This document shows positions 8,729 to 18,626 of a stretch of 64,000 nucleotides of DNA, in pieces (positions within the stretch are counted from its first letter, which is position 1; every line of letters begins with the position of its first letter). A program made the translations under genes and the position numbers. Origin of the DNA: Candidatus Obscuribacteraceae bacterium (GTDB lineage Bacteria; Cyanobacteriota; Vampirovibrionia; Obscuribacterales; Obscuribacteraceae); NCBI GenBank assembly GCA_044229845.1, contig JBGASG010000009.1, positions 64,001 to 128,000 on the forward strand. Reading direction: 5' to 3'. The notes beneath the pieces were generated by a model, which was given only the letters and a program-made list of their open reading frames with translations, did no database searches and had not been told where the DNA came from.

Positions 8729-11700
8729 TTACTCCTCAATAGGTGCCAGCAGATATTTCAGATCGCGCTCTGTAAAGTGATTGGTCAGGGCACCAGTAGT
8801 AGTGCCCTTGTCATAAATGCCATCGGCAATCAGGCGTTTCTCTTCCTGGCGCTTAAGCATCTTTTCTTCGACAGTACCGGTGGTGATTAACCGATAGACG
8901 AACACCGGCTTATTCTGTCCGATGCGATGAGCGCGGTCGGTTGCCTGTTCTTCGACCGCCGGATTCCACCAGGGATCGTAGTGGATGACGGTATCGGCAG
9001 CAGTCAAGTTAAGACCTGTGCCACCGGCTTTGAGGCTGATCAAGAAAACGGGCGCTTTGCCGGCTTGAAACTGTTTCACTGGTGTTTTGCGGTCGGCAGT
9101 GCTGCCTCGCAGTTCCAGATATTTGATCTCCCTTGTTATCAGCTCCTCGGCAATCAAGTCGAGCATGCTGGTGAACTGAGAAAAGACGAGTACTCGTCGC
9201 CCTTCATCAACCAGTTGGGTGAGCATCTCCATCAGAACGGATAACTTTGCAGATTCGCCGACAGCTCGCGCTTCTTCGAGCTTTAACAGCCGCGGATCAC
9301 AGCACACCTGACGCAGCCGCATGAGTGCTTTCAGGATGACAATCTGACTGCGATTGATGCCTTTCTCTTCGACAACTTCGAGGACCCGTTTGTGCATGGC
9401 CAGTCGCACGGTTTCATACAGATCGCGCTGTCCGCCCTCCAGGGTAATGTTGCGGTGGATAACCGTCTTTGTGGGCAATTCTTCGCCGACTTCTGATTTG
9501 GTGCGGCGCAACAGGAACGGACGAATGCGAGCGGCGAGAAACGCCCGCATGTACGGGTCATTGAATTTTTCGATCGGCGTGCGAAAGACTCTGGTGAAGA
9601 TTTCGTGTGTGCTCAACAGCCCAGGCATCAGAAATGCGAATTGCGACCAGAGCTCGCCCAGATGATTCTGAACCGGAGTGCCGGTCATGCAGATGCGATG
9701 ATTCGCTTTCAGGCGCCGGCAGACGTCGGCAACTTGTGTCTGCCTGTTTTTGATCATCTGCGCTTCGTCCAGAATCACCATATGCCACTCGCGCAAAGTG
9801 AGCAGTGATGCATCGCGTTGCAATAATGGATAAGAGGTGAGAACAATATCTACGTCGTCGAGTTTGCTCTGGCGAGTAAATCGATCGTAATCTCGCAAAC
9901 ACACAACTCGCAGGTGCGGCACCATGCGTTGGGCTTCCTCAATCCAGTTGGGCAAAACACTGGTCGGGCAAACAACCAGGCAGGGGCGCTGCAGATGGTT
10001 GCTCTCATACTCCATCTGGATGTGCGCCAGTGCTTCGACAGTCTTGCCCAGCCCCATGTCGTCTGCAAGTATCCCGCCGATGTTATGCGAAGCGATAAAT
10101 TGCAGCCAGGCGACACCTTGTTTCTGGTAATCGCGAAGGGTGACGCCGAACTCATTCGGTGCGGCATGTGTTGGCCAATCGCTTCCTGCCTTCAACAATG
10201 AAGCGGCCAGAGCACGCAGGCGGTCACCGCCCTGGAAGGCGATCGGTTGTTCAGCTCCGAGCAACTGCACCAGTTGTCCGGCGCTAATCGGCATGCGTCC
10301 TTGGCGATTTACAGAACTTTCATCGAAAACTTCGATCAAAGTTTTGATCAGCGATTTGACGCGTGGAAACGGCAAAGAAAGTTTGGCGCCATCAGCCATG
10401 GTGACATAGAATCTGCCGCCCTGATTCATCGCCTCCAGAAAATTGTCGTCGATGACATCCATCGGTTCAAATCCGGCGCGGGCGTCGGACATATTATACG
10501 GAATGCTGCGCACCGCCTGCATAAGCAGCGGCAGCAACGAAACTTTTTCACCCCGGACATTGATGCCCAGGTCGACGCTGAACCATCCTTCTTCCTCGAC
10601 AATATCTCCTTGCCAGTCGTCATCATCTGGCATAACGACACGATCGTGAAAGGACTTGTCATAAATAATGTCCCAACCAAGCTTTTCGAGCCGCGGAATT
10701 TCCAGGGCAACAAAATCAGTCAGTTGACGCAACTGCGGCAGTATCAAGCAGAGCCCGTCATTTACGCGCGGGAAGTTGGCCATGGGCAGCTGCAATTCTT
10801 CGGTGAGCATCGAACTGAGCTCTCGCTCTGCTTTCAGGTTGCGGCGGTAAACGACGGTGCGCGAGGCACCGTTGATGGTGACATGGTTGCCGCTGTCTGT
10901 GGGATTGCAGCGCTTGTTGCCGTACTTCACCCAGTGAAAGGCGTAAGCTGCATCTTTCTGCACGCCGTTGTCGAATTTTGTGAGAAACAATACCGGCGTC
11001 GGCACCGCTTCTCTATGTTCGATGACGACCTGTTCTGACGGCAGCGGAATTTCCAGATCGGGCAATCGCTTTTGCAACAAATCGCGGGTGTATTTGGCTT
11101 GTTCTACATCCAGGCGCGGTCCAAACAAGATAGGTTCAACTAGATCTGCAGGGAAAGGCAATGTCAATCGCCCGGCGCAGCCGGTTTTTTCATCCACATA
11201 CCAGGGGCTGGGCGCCAGCAAGACTTGCGCTTCGTGCGTGGTGACGGTGGTGCGCTGGCGACCTTGCTCGTCGACTGCCCACACCAGTTCGCCCGGGCGG
11301 GCGTCACCCAGTGTGAGCGGCAACCCGTCTTTGGTGCGCCAGAAACAGCGCCCGGTCTTAATGACCGAGTTCAGCAAGAGGTCGATTAGTTCGGGTTCAG
11401 CTGTTTCAAATGAATAGTCCAGCCAGTATCCGGAGCGCATGCTGCCCAGAAGTGCGCCAATCATGCGGTCGGCGGCATCGAGAAAGCCGGCGCGACCGGT
11501 GGTCAAATCGTAGCGTTCTTCGCGTCCATATCCGCCGGCTTTCAGCTTGCTGGCGGCGATGGTTTCCAGTCTTAGATACGGTTTTTCGGCGGAGCCGGTG
11601 GTCACCAGATAGAGCAAAGTCTTGCTGTCTTTGAGCTTCTCTTTGCGGGTTACCGTCTCGTTGATCTTACAGAGGTCGGAAACCCATCCATCTATAAGAG

Positions 11701-12160
11701 GATGCACTTTGGCGGGTTGCTCTTGATCCGGAGGCGCGATTTCGCTGGGGGCAATTTCCTCGATGTCATCTTCGTCTTCGCCGGTGCGCTCGCGCAGCAC
11801 GTGATACAGCAGTGCTGCGCCGTGTTTGCAGGTGGTGCCGACCGGGCATTCGCAGCGGCAGTCGACGATGGAATTGGGGCGCCCGCCAGGCTTAATTTGC
11901 ACATAGGTGTCGTACTTGGTCGTGCCCTGCACGAGCCCGGATATGGCGCTCCAGTCGTCATTTATCGCGTATTCGAGAACTCTGAAGCCACGCGCGTAAT
12001 CAAAACCACGCTTCGCTGAGGCGACGCCGAAAAAATCTTCAATCTGCCAATCGGCGAAGGGGGAGCACTTCCGACACTGGCAACGACCATCCGGACACTC
12101 CAGATTGCGGGAGCGATTCTTCGGGGAATGGCTATTTCTTGGAGGTTTTATCTTTGCCAT
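8729..12160 (-). CDS. SWIM zinc finger + SNF2 family helicase/ATPase
   Basis: CECP...CKH SWIM motif; LADDMGLGKT, LDEAQ, TGTPVQN, QATDRAHRIGQ. Confidence 0.93.
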   Translation of the reverse strand: MAKIKPPRNSHSPKNRSRNLECPDGRCQCRKCSPFADWQIEDFFGVASAKRGFDYARGFRVLEYAINDDWSAISGLVQGTTKYDTYVQIKPGGRPNSIVDCRCECPVGTTCKHGAALLYHVLRERTGEDEDDIEEIAPSEIAPPDQEQPAKVHPLIDGWVSDLCKINETVTRKEKLKDSKTLLYLVTTGSAEKPYLRLETIAASKLKAGGYGREERYDLTTGRAGFLDAADRMIGALLGSMRSGYWLDYSFETAEPELIDLLLNSVIKTGRCFWRTKDGLPLTLGDARPGELVWAVDEQGRQRTTVTTHEAQVLLAPSPWYVDEKTGCAGRLTLPFPADLVEPILFGPRLDVEQAKYTRDLLQKRLPDLEIPLPSEQVVIEHREAVPTPVLFLTKFDNGVQKDAAYAFHWVKYGNKRCNPTDSGNHVTINGASRTVVYRRNLKAERELSSMLTEELQLPMANFPRVNDGLCLILPQLRQLTDFVALEIPRLEKLGWDIIYDKSFHDRVVMPDDDDWQGDIVEEEGWFSVDLGINVRGEKVSLLPLLMQAVRSIPYNMSDARAGFEPMDVIDDNFLEAMNQGGRFYVTMADGAKLSLPFPRVKSLIKTLIEVFDESSVNRQGRMPISAGQLVQLLGAEQPIAFQGGDRLRALAASLLKAGSDWPTHAAPNEFGVTLRDYQKQGVAWLQFIASHNIGGILADDMGLGKTVEALAHIQMEYESNHLQRPCLVVCPTSVLPNWIEEAQRMVPHLRVVCLRDYDRFTRQSKLDDVDIVLTSYPLLQRDASLLTLREWHMVILDEAQMIKNRQTQVADVCRRLKANHRICMTGTPVQNHLGELWSQFAFLMPGLLSTHEIFTRVFRTPIEKFNDPYMRAFLAARIRPFLLRRTKSEVGEELPTKTVIHRNITLEGGQRDLYETVRLAMHKRVLEVVEEKGINRSQIVILKALMRLRQVCCDPRLLKLEEARAVGESAKLSVLMEMLTQLVDEGRRVLVFSQFTSMLDLIAEELITREIKYLELRGSTADRKTPVKQFQAGKAPVFLISLKAGGTGLNLTAADTVIHYDPWWNPAVEEQATDRAHRIGQNKPVFVYRLITTGTVEEKMLKRQEEKRLIADGIYDKGTTTGALTNHFTERDLKYLLAPIEE

Positions 12161-12240
12161 GGGCGATACACAGCGGGGCTGGTTGTAGATTGTACCGTCG
12201 ACATGCTGCTAAGTGCCAAGAAACGAAACTTATACTTGAC

Positions 12241-12270
12241 TTGCCATCAGCCCAACCTCCGTGCTACTTT
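12241..12270 (+). promoter_or_regulatory. Putative sigma70 promoter of the his operon
   Basis: TTGCCA (12241) - 18 nt - TACTTT (12265), preceded by TG (extended -10). Confidence 0.4.
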
Positions 12271-12274
12271 TCGC

Positions 12275-12370
12275 ATGTCAGAGAAAAAACGCGTGGAGTC
12301 GCGCCTGTCAGTGATCGTTGGATTTAATCATCATCACCACCATCACCTGGTCCTCAACGGAGCGGACTGA
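12275..12370 (+). CDS. hisL: Histidine operon leader peptide (MSEKKRVESRLSVIVGFNHHHHHHLVLNGAD; alternative GTG starts at 12293 and 12311)
   Basis: Six consecutive His codons (CAT CAT CAC CAC CAT CAC) in a short ORF just upstream of a terminator and hisG. Confidence 0.85.
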   Translation: MSEKKRVESRLSVIVGFNHHHHHHLVLNGAD

Positions 12371-12408
12371 CAGACAGCCACGTATTCATTTTCTTGCTAA
12401 CTGTCTTC

Positions 12409-12441
12409 AAGCCCGCCCATAAAGCGGGTCTTTTTGTGTTT
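12409..12441 (+). terminator. Attenuator terminator of the his leader
   Basis: GCCCGC-ccataaa-GCGGGT stem followed by CTTTTTGTGTTT. Upstream AGACAG/CTGTCT stem, and GCGG (12362) can pair with CCGC of the terminator 5' arm. Confidence 0.8.
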
Positions 12442-12457
12442 CCACAGGAATTTATCC

Positions 12458-13387
12458 ATGTCTAGCAATCAGAAATTGACGAATTCGCCTTCCGCACAAG
12501 AGCAGGCATCAGCCGACAACGGCGCCGCGGCGCTGCGACTGACCATTCCCACCGGACGCATTCAGGAGAAAGTGCTCGGGTTGCTGGATGCAATCGGCGT
12601 CAAAATGGCCAAGGACGGCAGATCTTACAAGCCGACGTGTTCTGAGAACGGCATTGAAATAAAGATGCTGAAAGCTCAGAACATCCCCAATCTGGTGGCG
12701 CTCGGACGACATGATTGCGGGTTTTCCGGCTACGACTGGATCACTGAGCAGCGCGCCGATGTGGTCGAACTTCTCGACCTGGAATTCGACCCCGTGCGCA
12801 TAGTTGCTGCTGTGCCCGAATATCTGGCGGAGAACGACCTGTATAAAACGATCGATCGCCAACTGGTTGTGGCCTCGGAATATCGGCAGCTTTCCACCGA
12901 TTTCATCGCTCGCAATAAACTGAACGCCGTGTTCTTGCAGACTTTCGGTGCCACCGAAGCGTTGCCGCCGGAAGATGCGGATATCATCGTCGACAATACC
13001 GCCACCGGTACCACGCTGCGTCACAACCGCCTGGTAGAAATCGAAGTGTTGATGCGGTCGACCACCAGGTTCATTTGCAATCGCGAGGCTTACGAGAACA
13101 AAGAAAAACGCCGCAAGCTCGATGAGCTGACGATGCTCATGCAGGCTTCTTTGCGCGCGCGCGACAAGGTCTTGCTGGAAATGAACGTCGCTCGTGAAGA
13201 CTTCGAGCGTCTGGTGGGAGACTTGCCCTGTATGCGGGCACCGACAATTTCCGAACTGTACAACGGTGACGGCTACGCCGTCAAAATCGCCGTTTCGTCC
13301 AGAGATGTTCCGACTCTGATACCAAAACTGGTGGCACTGGGGGCGCGGGACATTCTCGAATACAAACTGCAGAAGATTGTGATTTAA
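12458..13387 (+). CDS. hisG: ATP phosphoribosyltransferase, long form
   Basis: P.GRI, DCGFSGYDW, GATE..PP..ADIIVD...TGTTLRHNRL; C-terminal regulatory domain (PTISEL, GARDILEY). Confidence 0.93.
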   Translation: MSSNQKLTNSPSAQEQASADNGAAALRLTIPTGRIQEKVLGLLDAIGVKMAKDGRSYKPTCSENGIEIKMLKAQNIPNLVALGRHDCGFSGYDWITEQRADVVELLDLEFDPVRIVAAVPEYLAENDLYKTIDRQLVVASEYRQLSTDFIARNKLNAVFLQTFGATEALPPEDADIIVDNTATGTTLRHNRLVEIEVLMRSTTRFICNREAYENKEKRRKLDELTMLMQASLRARDKVLLEMNVAREDFERLVGDLPCMRAPTISELYNGDGYAVKIAVSSRDVPTLIPKLVALGARDILEYKLQKIVI

Positions 13388-13408
13388 CTGAAGGCACCCG
13401 GGAAGTCG

Positions 13409-14047
13409 ATGAATATTTCGCCCGCGATACCATCCAGAGCACAAGCTGCCGCTTGCGAAGTCGACCTGGTCGATGTAGGCGGTGGCAACATCGGCAGCGT
13501 GCGCCGCTGCCTGCACAGGCTGGGTATCACCTATCGCGATGTCGGTGCCGATAATCTACCGGGCGGCTCGCGTCCATTGATCTTGCCTGGGGTCGGTGCA
13601 TTCGGCACCGTTATGGACAGCTTGCGAAGAAACGGTTTGGACGAAAGCATAAAAAATTTGGTGGCCAAGGGTACACCACTGCTGGGTGTTTGCGTCGGAA
13701 TGCAGGTTCTGTTCGACAGCAGCGAAGAAGCACCGGGCGTGCCGGGACTGTCGCTGGTGCCAGGGAAAGTGGTGCGCTTCGTGGCTGACAAAGTGCCGCA
13801 GATCGGGTGGAATCATATCGATGCGAAGCAGTCAGGCTGGGAAGGCGGCTATGTCTATTTTGTCAACTCTTTCTATGCACAACCCGAAAACGATAACGTG
13901 GTGCTATACCAGGCGCAGTATGGCGACACGGAATTCTGTGCCGCGCTGCGGACTGGAAACATAACCGCCTTTCAGTTTCATCCTGAAAAAAGTAGTGCCT
14001 TTGGTGCCAGTTTGCTTGCGAGGTGGATAGCCAGTGTCACTCTGTAA
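13409..14047 (+). CDS. hisH: Imidazole glycerol phosphate synthase glutaminase subunit
   Basis: [34 protein letters not shown]. Confidence 0.95.
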   Translation: MNISPAIPSRAQAAACEVDLVDVGGGNIGSVRRCLHRLGITYRDVGADNLPGGSRPLILPGVGAFGTVMDSLRRNGLDESIKNLVAKGTPLLGVCVGMQVLFDSSEEAPGVPGLSLVPGKVVRFVADKVPQIGWNHIDAKQSGWEGGYVYFVNSFYAQPENDNVVLYQAQYGDTEFCAALRTGNITAFQFHPEKSSAFGASLLARWIASVTL

Positions 14048-14798
14048 GCGCATCATTCCCTGCCTTGACGTAGCCAACGGCATGACCGTGAAAGGTGTGA
14101 AGTTCACCAATCTGCGAACCATCGGCGACCCCGTCGAACTGGGCTTGATCTACGAAGAACAAGGCGCCGACGAACTGACGTTTCTCGACATATCTGCATC
14201 GTCCGAAGAGCGAGCGACCGTCGTCGAGCTGGTCGAGCGCGTCGCCGACAATCTCTCGATTCCATTTACAGTCGGCGGCGGCATCACCACAGCCGCTGAT
14301 GCGAAAAAACTTTTGAGCAGTGGTGCCGACAAGGTTTCGATCAACACTGCGGCGGTGCAGCGGCCGGAACTGATCGGCGAGATTTCCTCTGCCTGGGGCT
14401 CGCAGTGCTGCGTGGTGGCAATCGATGCACGGGCTGCGGCGTCTCCCGGCACGTGGGAAGTACTGATCAAGGGCGGTCGCGTGGCGACCGGACGTGATGC
14501 TTTCCAGTGGGCTCAGGAATGTGTTGAGCGCGGCGCCGGCGAGATACTTCTGACGTCGTGGGATCGTGACGGCACCTTATCTGGTTTCGACCTGGAGATG
14601 GTGCGCACCTTCGCGCGCAATCTGCCGGTGCCGGTGATTGCGTCGGGCGGTGCTCGCGACCCGGAGAGTTTCGTCGACGTGTTCAAGGAAGCCAGCGCTG
14701 ATGCCGCCCTGGCAGCAAGTATTTTTCACGATGGCACCTACACCATCGCTCAGGTCAAAGAGCGTTTGCGCGCAGCAGGAGTACCAGCAAGGCTATGA
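14034..14798 (+). CDS. hisF: Imidazole glycerol phosphate synthase cyclase subunit
   Basis: [42 protein letters not shown]. Confidence 0.96.
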   Translation: MSLCKRIIPCLDVANGMTVKGVKFTNLRTIGDPVELGLIYEEQGADELTFLDISASSEERATVVELVERVADNLSIPFTVGGGITTAADAKKLLSSGADKVSINTAAVQRPELIGEISSAWGSQCCVVAIDARAAASPGTWEVLIKGGRVATGRDAFQWAQECVERGAGEILLTSWDRDGTLSGFDLEMVRTFARNLPVPVIASGGARDPESFVDVFKEASADAALAASIFHDGTYTIAQVKERLRAAGVPARL

Positions 14799-16036
14799 TT
14801 GTTCCCAGCATCGATATTATCGGCGGAAAAGCGGTGCAACTTCGCCAGGGCAAGGAGTTTGTCCTGGAGAGCGAGCGCGATCCGGTAGACCTGGCCCGTG
14901 AATTCAATCGATACGGTGAAGTGGCGGTGATCGATCTTGATTCCGCCATGGGCAAAGGCAACAATCGCGAATTGATTGAGCGCATTTGCAAAGTTGCCGA
15001 TGTCCGAGTCGGTGGCGGCATCCGCGATGTAGAAACGGGACGCGCATTGCTGCGTGCCGGGGCCAAGTCACTGATTGTCGGAACCAAAGCTACTCCCGAG
15101 TTTCTCAGCCAGTTTCCTGCAGACCGCATTATTGTGGCGCTCGATCATGTCAACGAAGAAGTTGTCGATAAGGGATGGACCAATTCTACCGGTGAATCGA
15201 TTTGGGATCGGGCCGGCAGGCTGGAACCATATTGCAGTGGGTTTCTGGTCACGTTTGTGGAAGCAGAGGGTGGATTGGGTGGACTGCCCGCCTCAGCAGC
15301 AGCAAGCCTCCTGGAGAAACTGAAAAGGCATGTCACCGTTGCCGGTGGCATCGCTTCCACGACGGAAGTAGCCGATATCTCGGCGCTGGGTGCAGACGTG
15401 CAGGTGGGCATGGCCCTATATAAAGGATTAGTCGATCCGGTCGAGGCGGTCGTGCAGAGTGTCAACTTCGACACCAACGGCACCGGTGTCGTGCCCACGG
15501 TCGTTCAGGACATGAACGGACAGGTTTTGATGCTGGCATATAGCTCACCGGAGTCGTTGCGGCGAGCACTTAAAGAGGGCAAGGGCATCTATTACAGCCG
15601 TTCTCGCCAGGAGATATGGGAGAAGGGATTGACTTCGGGTGCGACGCAGCAGCTGGTTTCTTGCCGGGTAGATTGCGATCGCGACAGTCTCCTGTTCCGC
15701 ATCGAGCAAACCGAGGGCGCCTGCCACCGGGGTTCCTACAGCTGCTTCGGGCAAGCAACGGCTGCCAGGCAGTTCTCCGTCGGACAGTTGTTCAGCATTC
15801 TGCAGCAGCGGAAGCAGGAGATGCCGGAAGGTTCTTATTCGGCAACGCTATTTAAAGACCGGCGTAAGTTGCTGAAGAAACTGATGGAAGAAGCGCACGA
15901 GGTCTGCACCTTCGAGTCTACCGAAAATTTGCGCTGGGAGATTGCCGATTTGATCTACTTCGCCAGTTTGCTGGCAGTGGATGAAGGTGTGTCGTGGGCT
16001 GACATCGAATGCGAACTGGGAGGTCGTGCCAAGTGA
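14795..16036 (+). CDS. hisA-hisIE: Fusion of HisA-like TIM barrel, phosphoribosyl-AMP cyclohydrolase (HisI) and phosphoribosyl-ATP pyrophosphatase (HisE)
   Basis: N-term [30 protein letters not shown]; His[28 protein letters not shown]; HisE SY...[16 protein letters not shown]. Confidence 0.88.
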   Translation: MIVPSIDIIGGKAVQLRQGKEFVLESERDPVDLAREFNRYGEVAVIDLDSAMGKGNNRELIERICKVADVRVGGGIRDVETGRALLRAGAKSLIVGTKATPEFLSQFPADRIIVALDHVNEEVVDKGWTNSTGESIWDRAGRLEPYCSGFLVTFVEAEGGLGGLPASAAASLLEKLKRHVTVAGGIASTTEVADISALGADVQVGMALYKGLVDPVEAVVQSVNFDTNGTGVVPTVVQDMNGQVLMLAYSSPESLRRALKEGKGIYYSRSRQEIWEKGLTSGATQQLVSCRVDCDRDSLLFRIEQTEGACHRGSYSCFGQATAARQFSVGQLFSILQQRKQEMPEGSYSATLFKDRRKLLKKLMEEAHEVCTFESTENLRWEIADLIYFASLLAVDEGVSWADIECELGGRAK

Positions 16037-17307
16037 CGCAAATGAGCAGATCTGTATTCGAACGAGTCGAGGGCGAGTCGGATGTCTCCGATATCGCCAA
16101 GCGAGTGGCTCAGATTTCCGTCTCTGCCATCAAGCAAATGCCGGTGCTGGCCGCCAGGGTCGGCGGGTGCGTATCGCTGGGGCAGGGCATCCCGTCTTTG
16201 AATACGCCGGAGTTTATTCGCCGCGCCGTCATCGAAGAGCTGCAAAATCCGTCGACAGCGATCGGCAAGTATTCTATTCAGCCAGGTTTGCCGGAGTTGA
16301 AACAAGAAATCGCCCGCGACTTGAAGCGAACTCGCGGTGTGGCGAATGTGGACCACGAGAAGGAGATATTTGTCAGTTGTGGTGGCATGGAGGCGCTCGC
16401 CGCCGGCATCGCTACCATTGTGGAACGTGACGATGAGGTGATTTTGCCGTCGCCCACCTACGCTTCCCATATTGAACAAGTGCTCTTTGCTGAAGGCGTA
16501 CCGCGATTCGTACCTCTGGTTGAAGATCAGGGATGGAAACTGGACATTGAGGCAATCAGAAAAGCAGTCTCGAAGAAAACCAAAGCGATCATTCTCTGCA
16601 ATCCGGTCAACCCGACAGGCACCGTATTCAGTGAGAGCGAATTGAACGAAGTCGCCAAGATCGTGTTGGAGAACGATTTGTTTCTTATCCTCGATGAAGC
16701 CTACGATTTCCTGGTCTACGACGGTCTGCCGTTCTACAGTTTGATGTCGCGCGTCGATCTGAAGGAGAATGTCATCGCTGTCTGCAGTTTCTCCAAGCGG
16801 TATTGCATGACCGGCTGGCGAGTCGGTTTCATGTACGCTCCAGAGCGCATTATTCGTCAGGTCTTGAAAGTGCATGATGCGTTTGCCATCTGTGCTCCGA
16901 CGATATCGCAGTTCGCTGCTCTGGCGGCGCTACGTGCCACCAATGGCGTCGACGGCGAAGGAGACCGCAGCGTTCAGCAACTTGTCGATGCGCTCGGGCG
17001 CAGACGAGACCTGGTGTGTTCGCGACTGGAACGGCTGACCGAAATCTTTTCCTATGTCAAACCGGTGGGCGGATACTACGTCTTCCCCCGGTTCAATGCG
17101 GCGGTGAAGGCAGCTTCCTCCGATTTAGAGTCTTCCATTGATTTCACGCTGCGCATATTGAATGAAGCAAAAGTGATCACCATTCCGGGGAGTGCATTTG
17201 GACCCACCGGCGAGAATCATATACGAATGTCTTTCGGTGCCGACGAAGCCGAGCTGACTGAAGCCTTTGACCGACTCGATACTTACTTTGCAGGGAGAAA
17301 ATCATGA
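16033..17307 (+). CDS. PLP-dependent class I/II aminotransferase (AspC/PatA-like), candidate histidinol-phosphate aminotransferase by position (start GTG 16033 or ATG 16042)
   Basis: SLGQGIP, CNPVNPTG, DEAY, SFSKRYCMTGWRVG; 4-nt overlaps with both neighbours. Confidence 0.85.
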   Translation: MTQMSRSVFERVEGESDVSDIAKRVAQISVSAIKQMPVLAARVGGCVSLGQGIPSLNTPEFIRRAVIEELQNPSTAIGKYSIQPGLPELKQEIARDLKRTRGVANVDHEKEIFVSCGGMEALAAGIATIVERDDEVILPSPTYASHIEQVLFAEGVPRFVPLVEDQGWKLDIEAIRKAVSKKTKAIILCNPVNPTGTVFSESELNEVAKIVLENDLFLILDEAYDFLVYDGLPFYSLMSRVDLKENVIAVCSFSKRYCMTGWRVGFMYAPERIIRQVLKVHDAFAICAPTISQFAALAALRATNGVDGEGDRSVQQLVDALGRRRDLVCSRLERLTEIFSYVKPVGGYYVFPRFNAAVKAASSDLESSIDFTLRILNEAKVITIPGSAFGPTGENHIRMSFGADEAELTEAFDRLDTYFAGRKS

Positions 17308-18626
17308 TTCGCACGTTCCAACTGAATTCCATGTCGAAACAGGACCGGGATAAGGTCATGAAACGCGCACATGAGGATATCGACAGCGTCAAGCCGAAGG
17401 TCGAGCAGATTATTCAAGCCGTGCGCAGCGAAGGCGATGCGGCGCTGGTGCGTTTCACGAAAGAATGGGATGACCCTGAGTACACCGCAGACCGCCTGGT
17501 GGTGACCGAAGCCGATATTGACGAAGCCTATAAGAACACCAGCAAAGAAACGCTGGAACGCATCCGCGAACAAATCTCCCTGTCGAAGCGATTTCATGAA
17601 CTGCAGCGACAGCAAGTCCCGGAATGGGAAAACGAGATGGAGAATGGCATCGTTGTCGGCGAGAAGTGGACTCCACTGTCCGATGTCGGGCTGTATGTGC
17701 CTGGTGGAAAAAATCCGTTTCCGACTGTGCAGCAAATTCTGGCGGTGGCAGCCAAGGCTGCGGGCTGCCCGCGCATAGTTTCGTGCATCTCGCCGCGAGG
17801 CAAGGGCTATGAGGTGTTGATTGCGGCGCGGGAGTGCGGCGTCACGGAGATATATCGGGTTGGTGGAGCACAAGCGATTGCCGCTCTTGCCTATGGAACA
17901 GAGACTATCAAGCCGGTATTGCTGATTGCCGGACCGGGAAATCCGTTTGTCACCGCTGCCAAGATTCTTTGTCAGTCGAAGGTGTCCATCGATATGCCGG
18001 CTGGACCAAGTGAGGCGATTGTGCTCGCCGATGGCACCACGCCGGAAGGACTGGATTTGCCGACCAAGGCGACTTATTGTGCGGCCGACTTGCTGGCGCG
18101 TGCGGAGCACGGACCGGATTCCGCCGGTGTGCTGCTCACTGATTCCGCGGAGCTTGCCGAGCTGACCGAGAAGGAAATCGAGAAGCAGTACAAAACTCTG
18201 TCGAGGCAAGACTATATTAAGAAGGCACTGGAGACCTACAGCGCAATTATTGTGGTGCCCTCCATGAAGGAGGCGGTTGACTTCACCAACGAGTACGCGC
18301 CTGAACACCTCGAAATACTAACGGAGGATCCCGATGCCACATTGAAGGGCATTGAGAATGCCGGGTCGGCTTTCCTTGGCTATTACAATCCGGTTGCTAC
18401 CGGTGACTACGCTACCGGCATCAACCACGTGCTGCCGTCGTGCGGATGGGCGAGGCAGACATCTCCGGTTGGTGTGTGGACCTTCATGAAGCGTGTGCAA
18501 TACTCAACCGTCAGCAAGAGTGGACTGGACAGGCTGCGACCGATTGTTCAGACAATTGCCACCGTGGAAGGATTGGATGCGCACCGTCGCAGCGTTGAAG
18601 TGCGCTTTGAGAAACAGAATGTCTGA
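17304..18626 (+). CDS. hisD: Histidinol dehydrogenase (divergent)
   Basis: GLYVPGG, VGGAQAIAALAYGTE, GPGN, IDMPAGPSE, APEHL, GDY, NHVLP, EGLDAH. Confidence 0.92.
   Translation: MIRTFQLNSMSKQDRDKVMKRAHEDIDSVKPKVEQIIQAVRSEGDAALVRFTKEWDDPEYTADRLVVTEADIDEAYKNTSKETLERIREQISLSKRFHELQRQQVPEWENEMENGIVVGEKWTPLSDVGLYVPGGKNPFPTVQQILAVAAKAAGCPRIVSCISPRGKGYEVLIAARECGVTEIYRVGGAQAIAALAYGTETIKPVLLIAGPGNPFVTAAKILCQSKVSIDMPAGPSEAIVLADGTTPEGLDLPTKATYCAADLLARAEHGPDSAGVLLTDSAELAELTEKEIEKQYKTLSRQDYIKKALETYSAIIVVPSMKEAVDFTNEYAPEHLEILTEDPDATLKGIENAGSAFLGYYNPVATGDYATGINHVLPSCGWARQTSPVGVWTFMKRVQYSTVSKSGLDRLRPIVQTIATVEGLDAHRRSVEVRFEKQNV

Noticed and set aside
12509..18308. Long minus-strand ORFs (12509..13516, 15955..16875, 17283..18308) as a possible hidden hisB
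   Set aside because: They are antisense to well-supported his genes and lack the paired IGPD HHxxE motifs.
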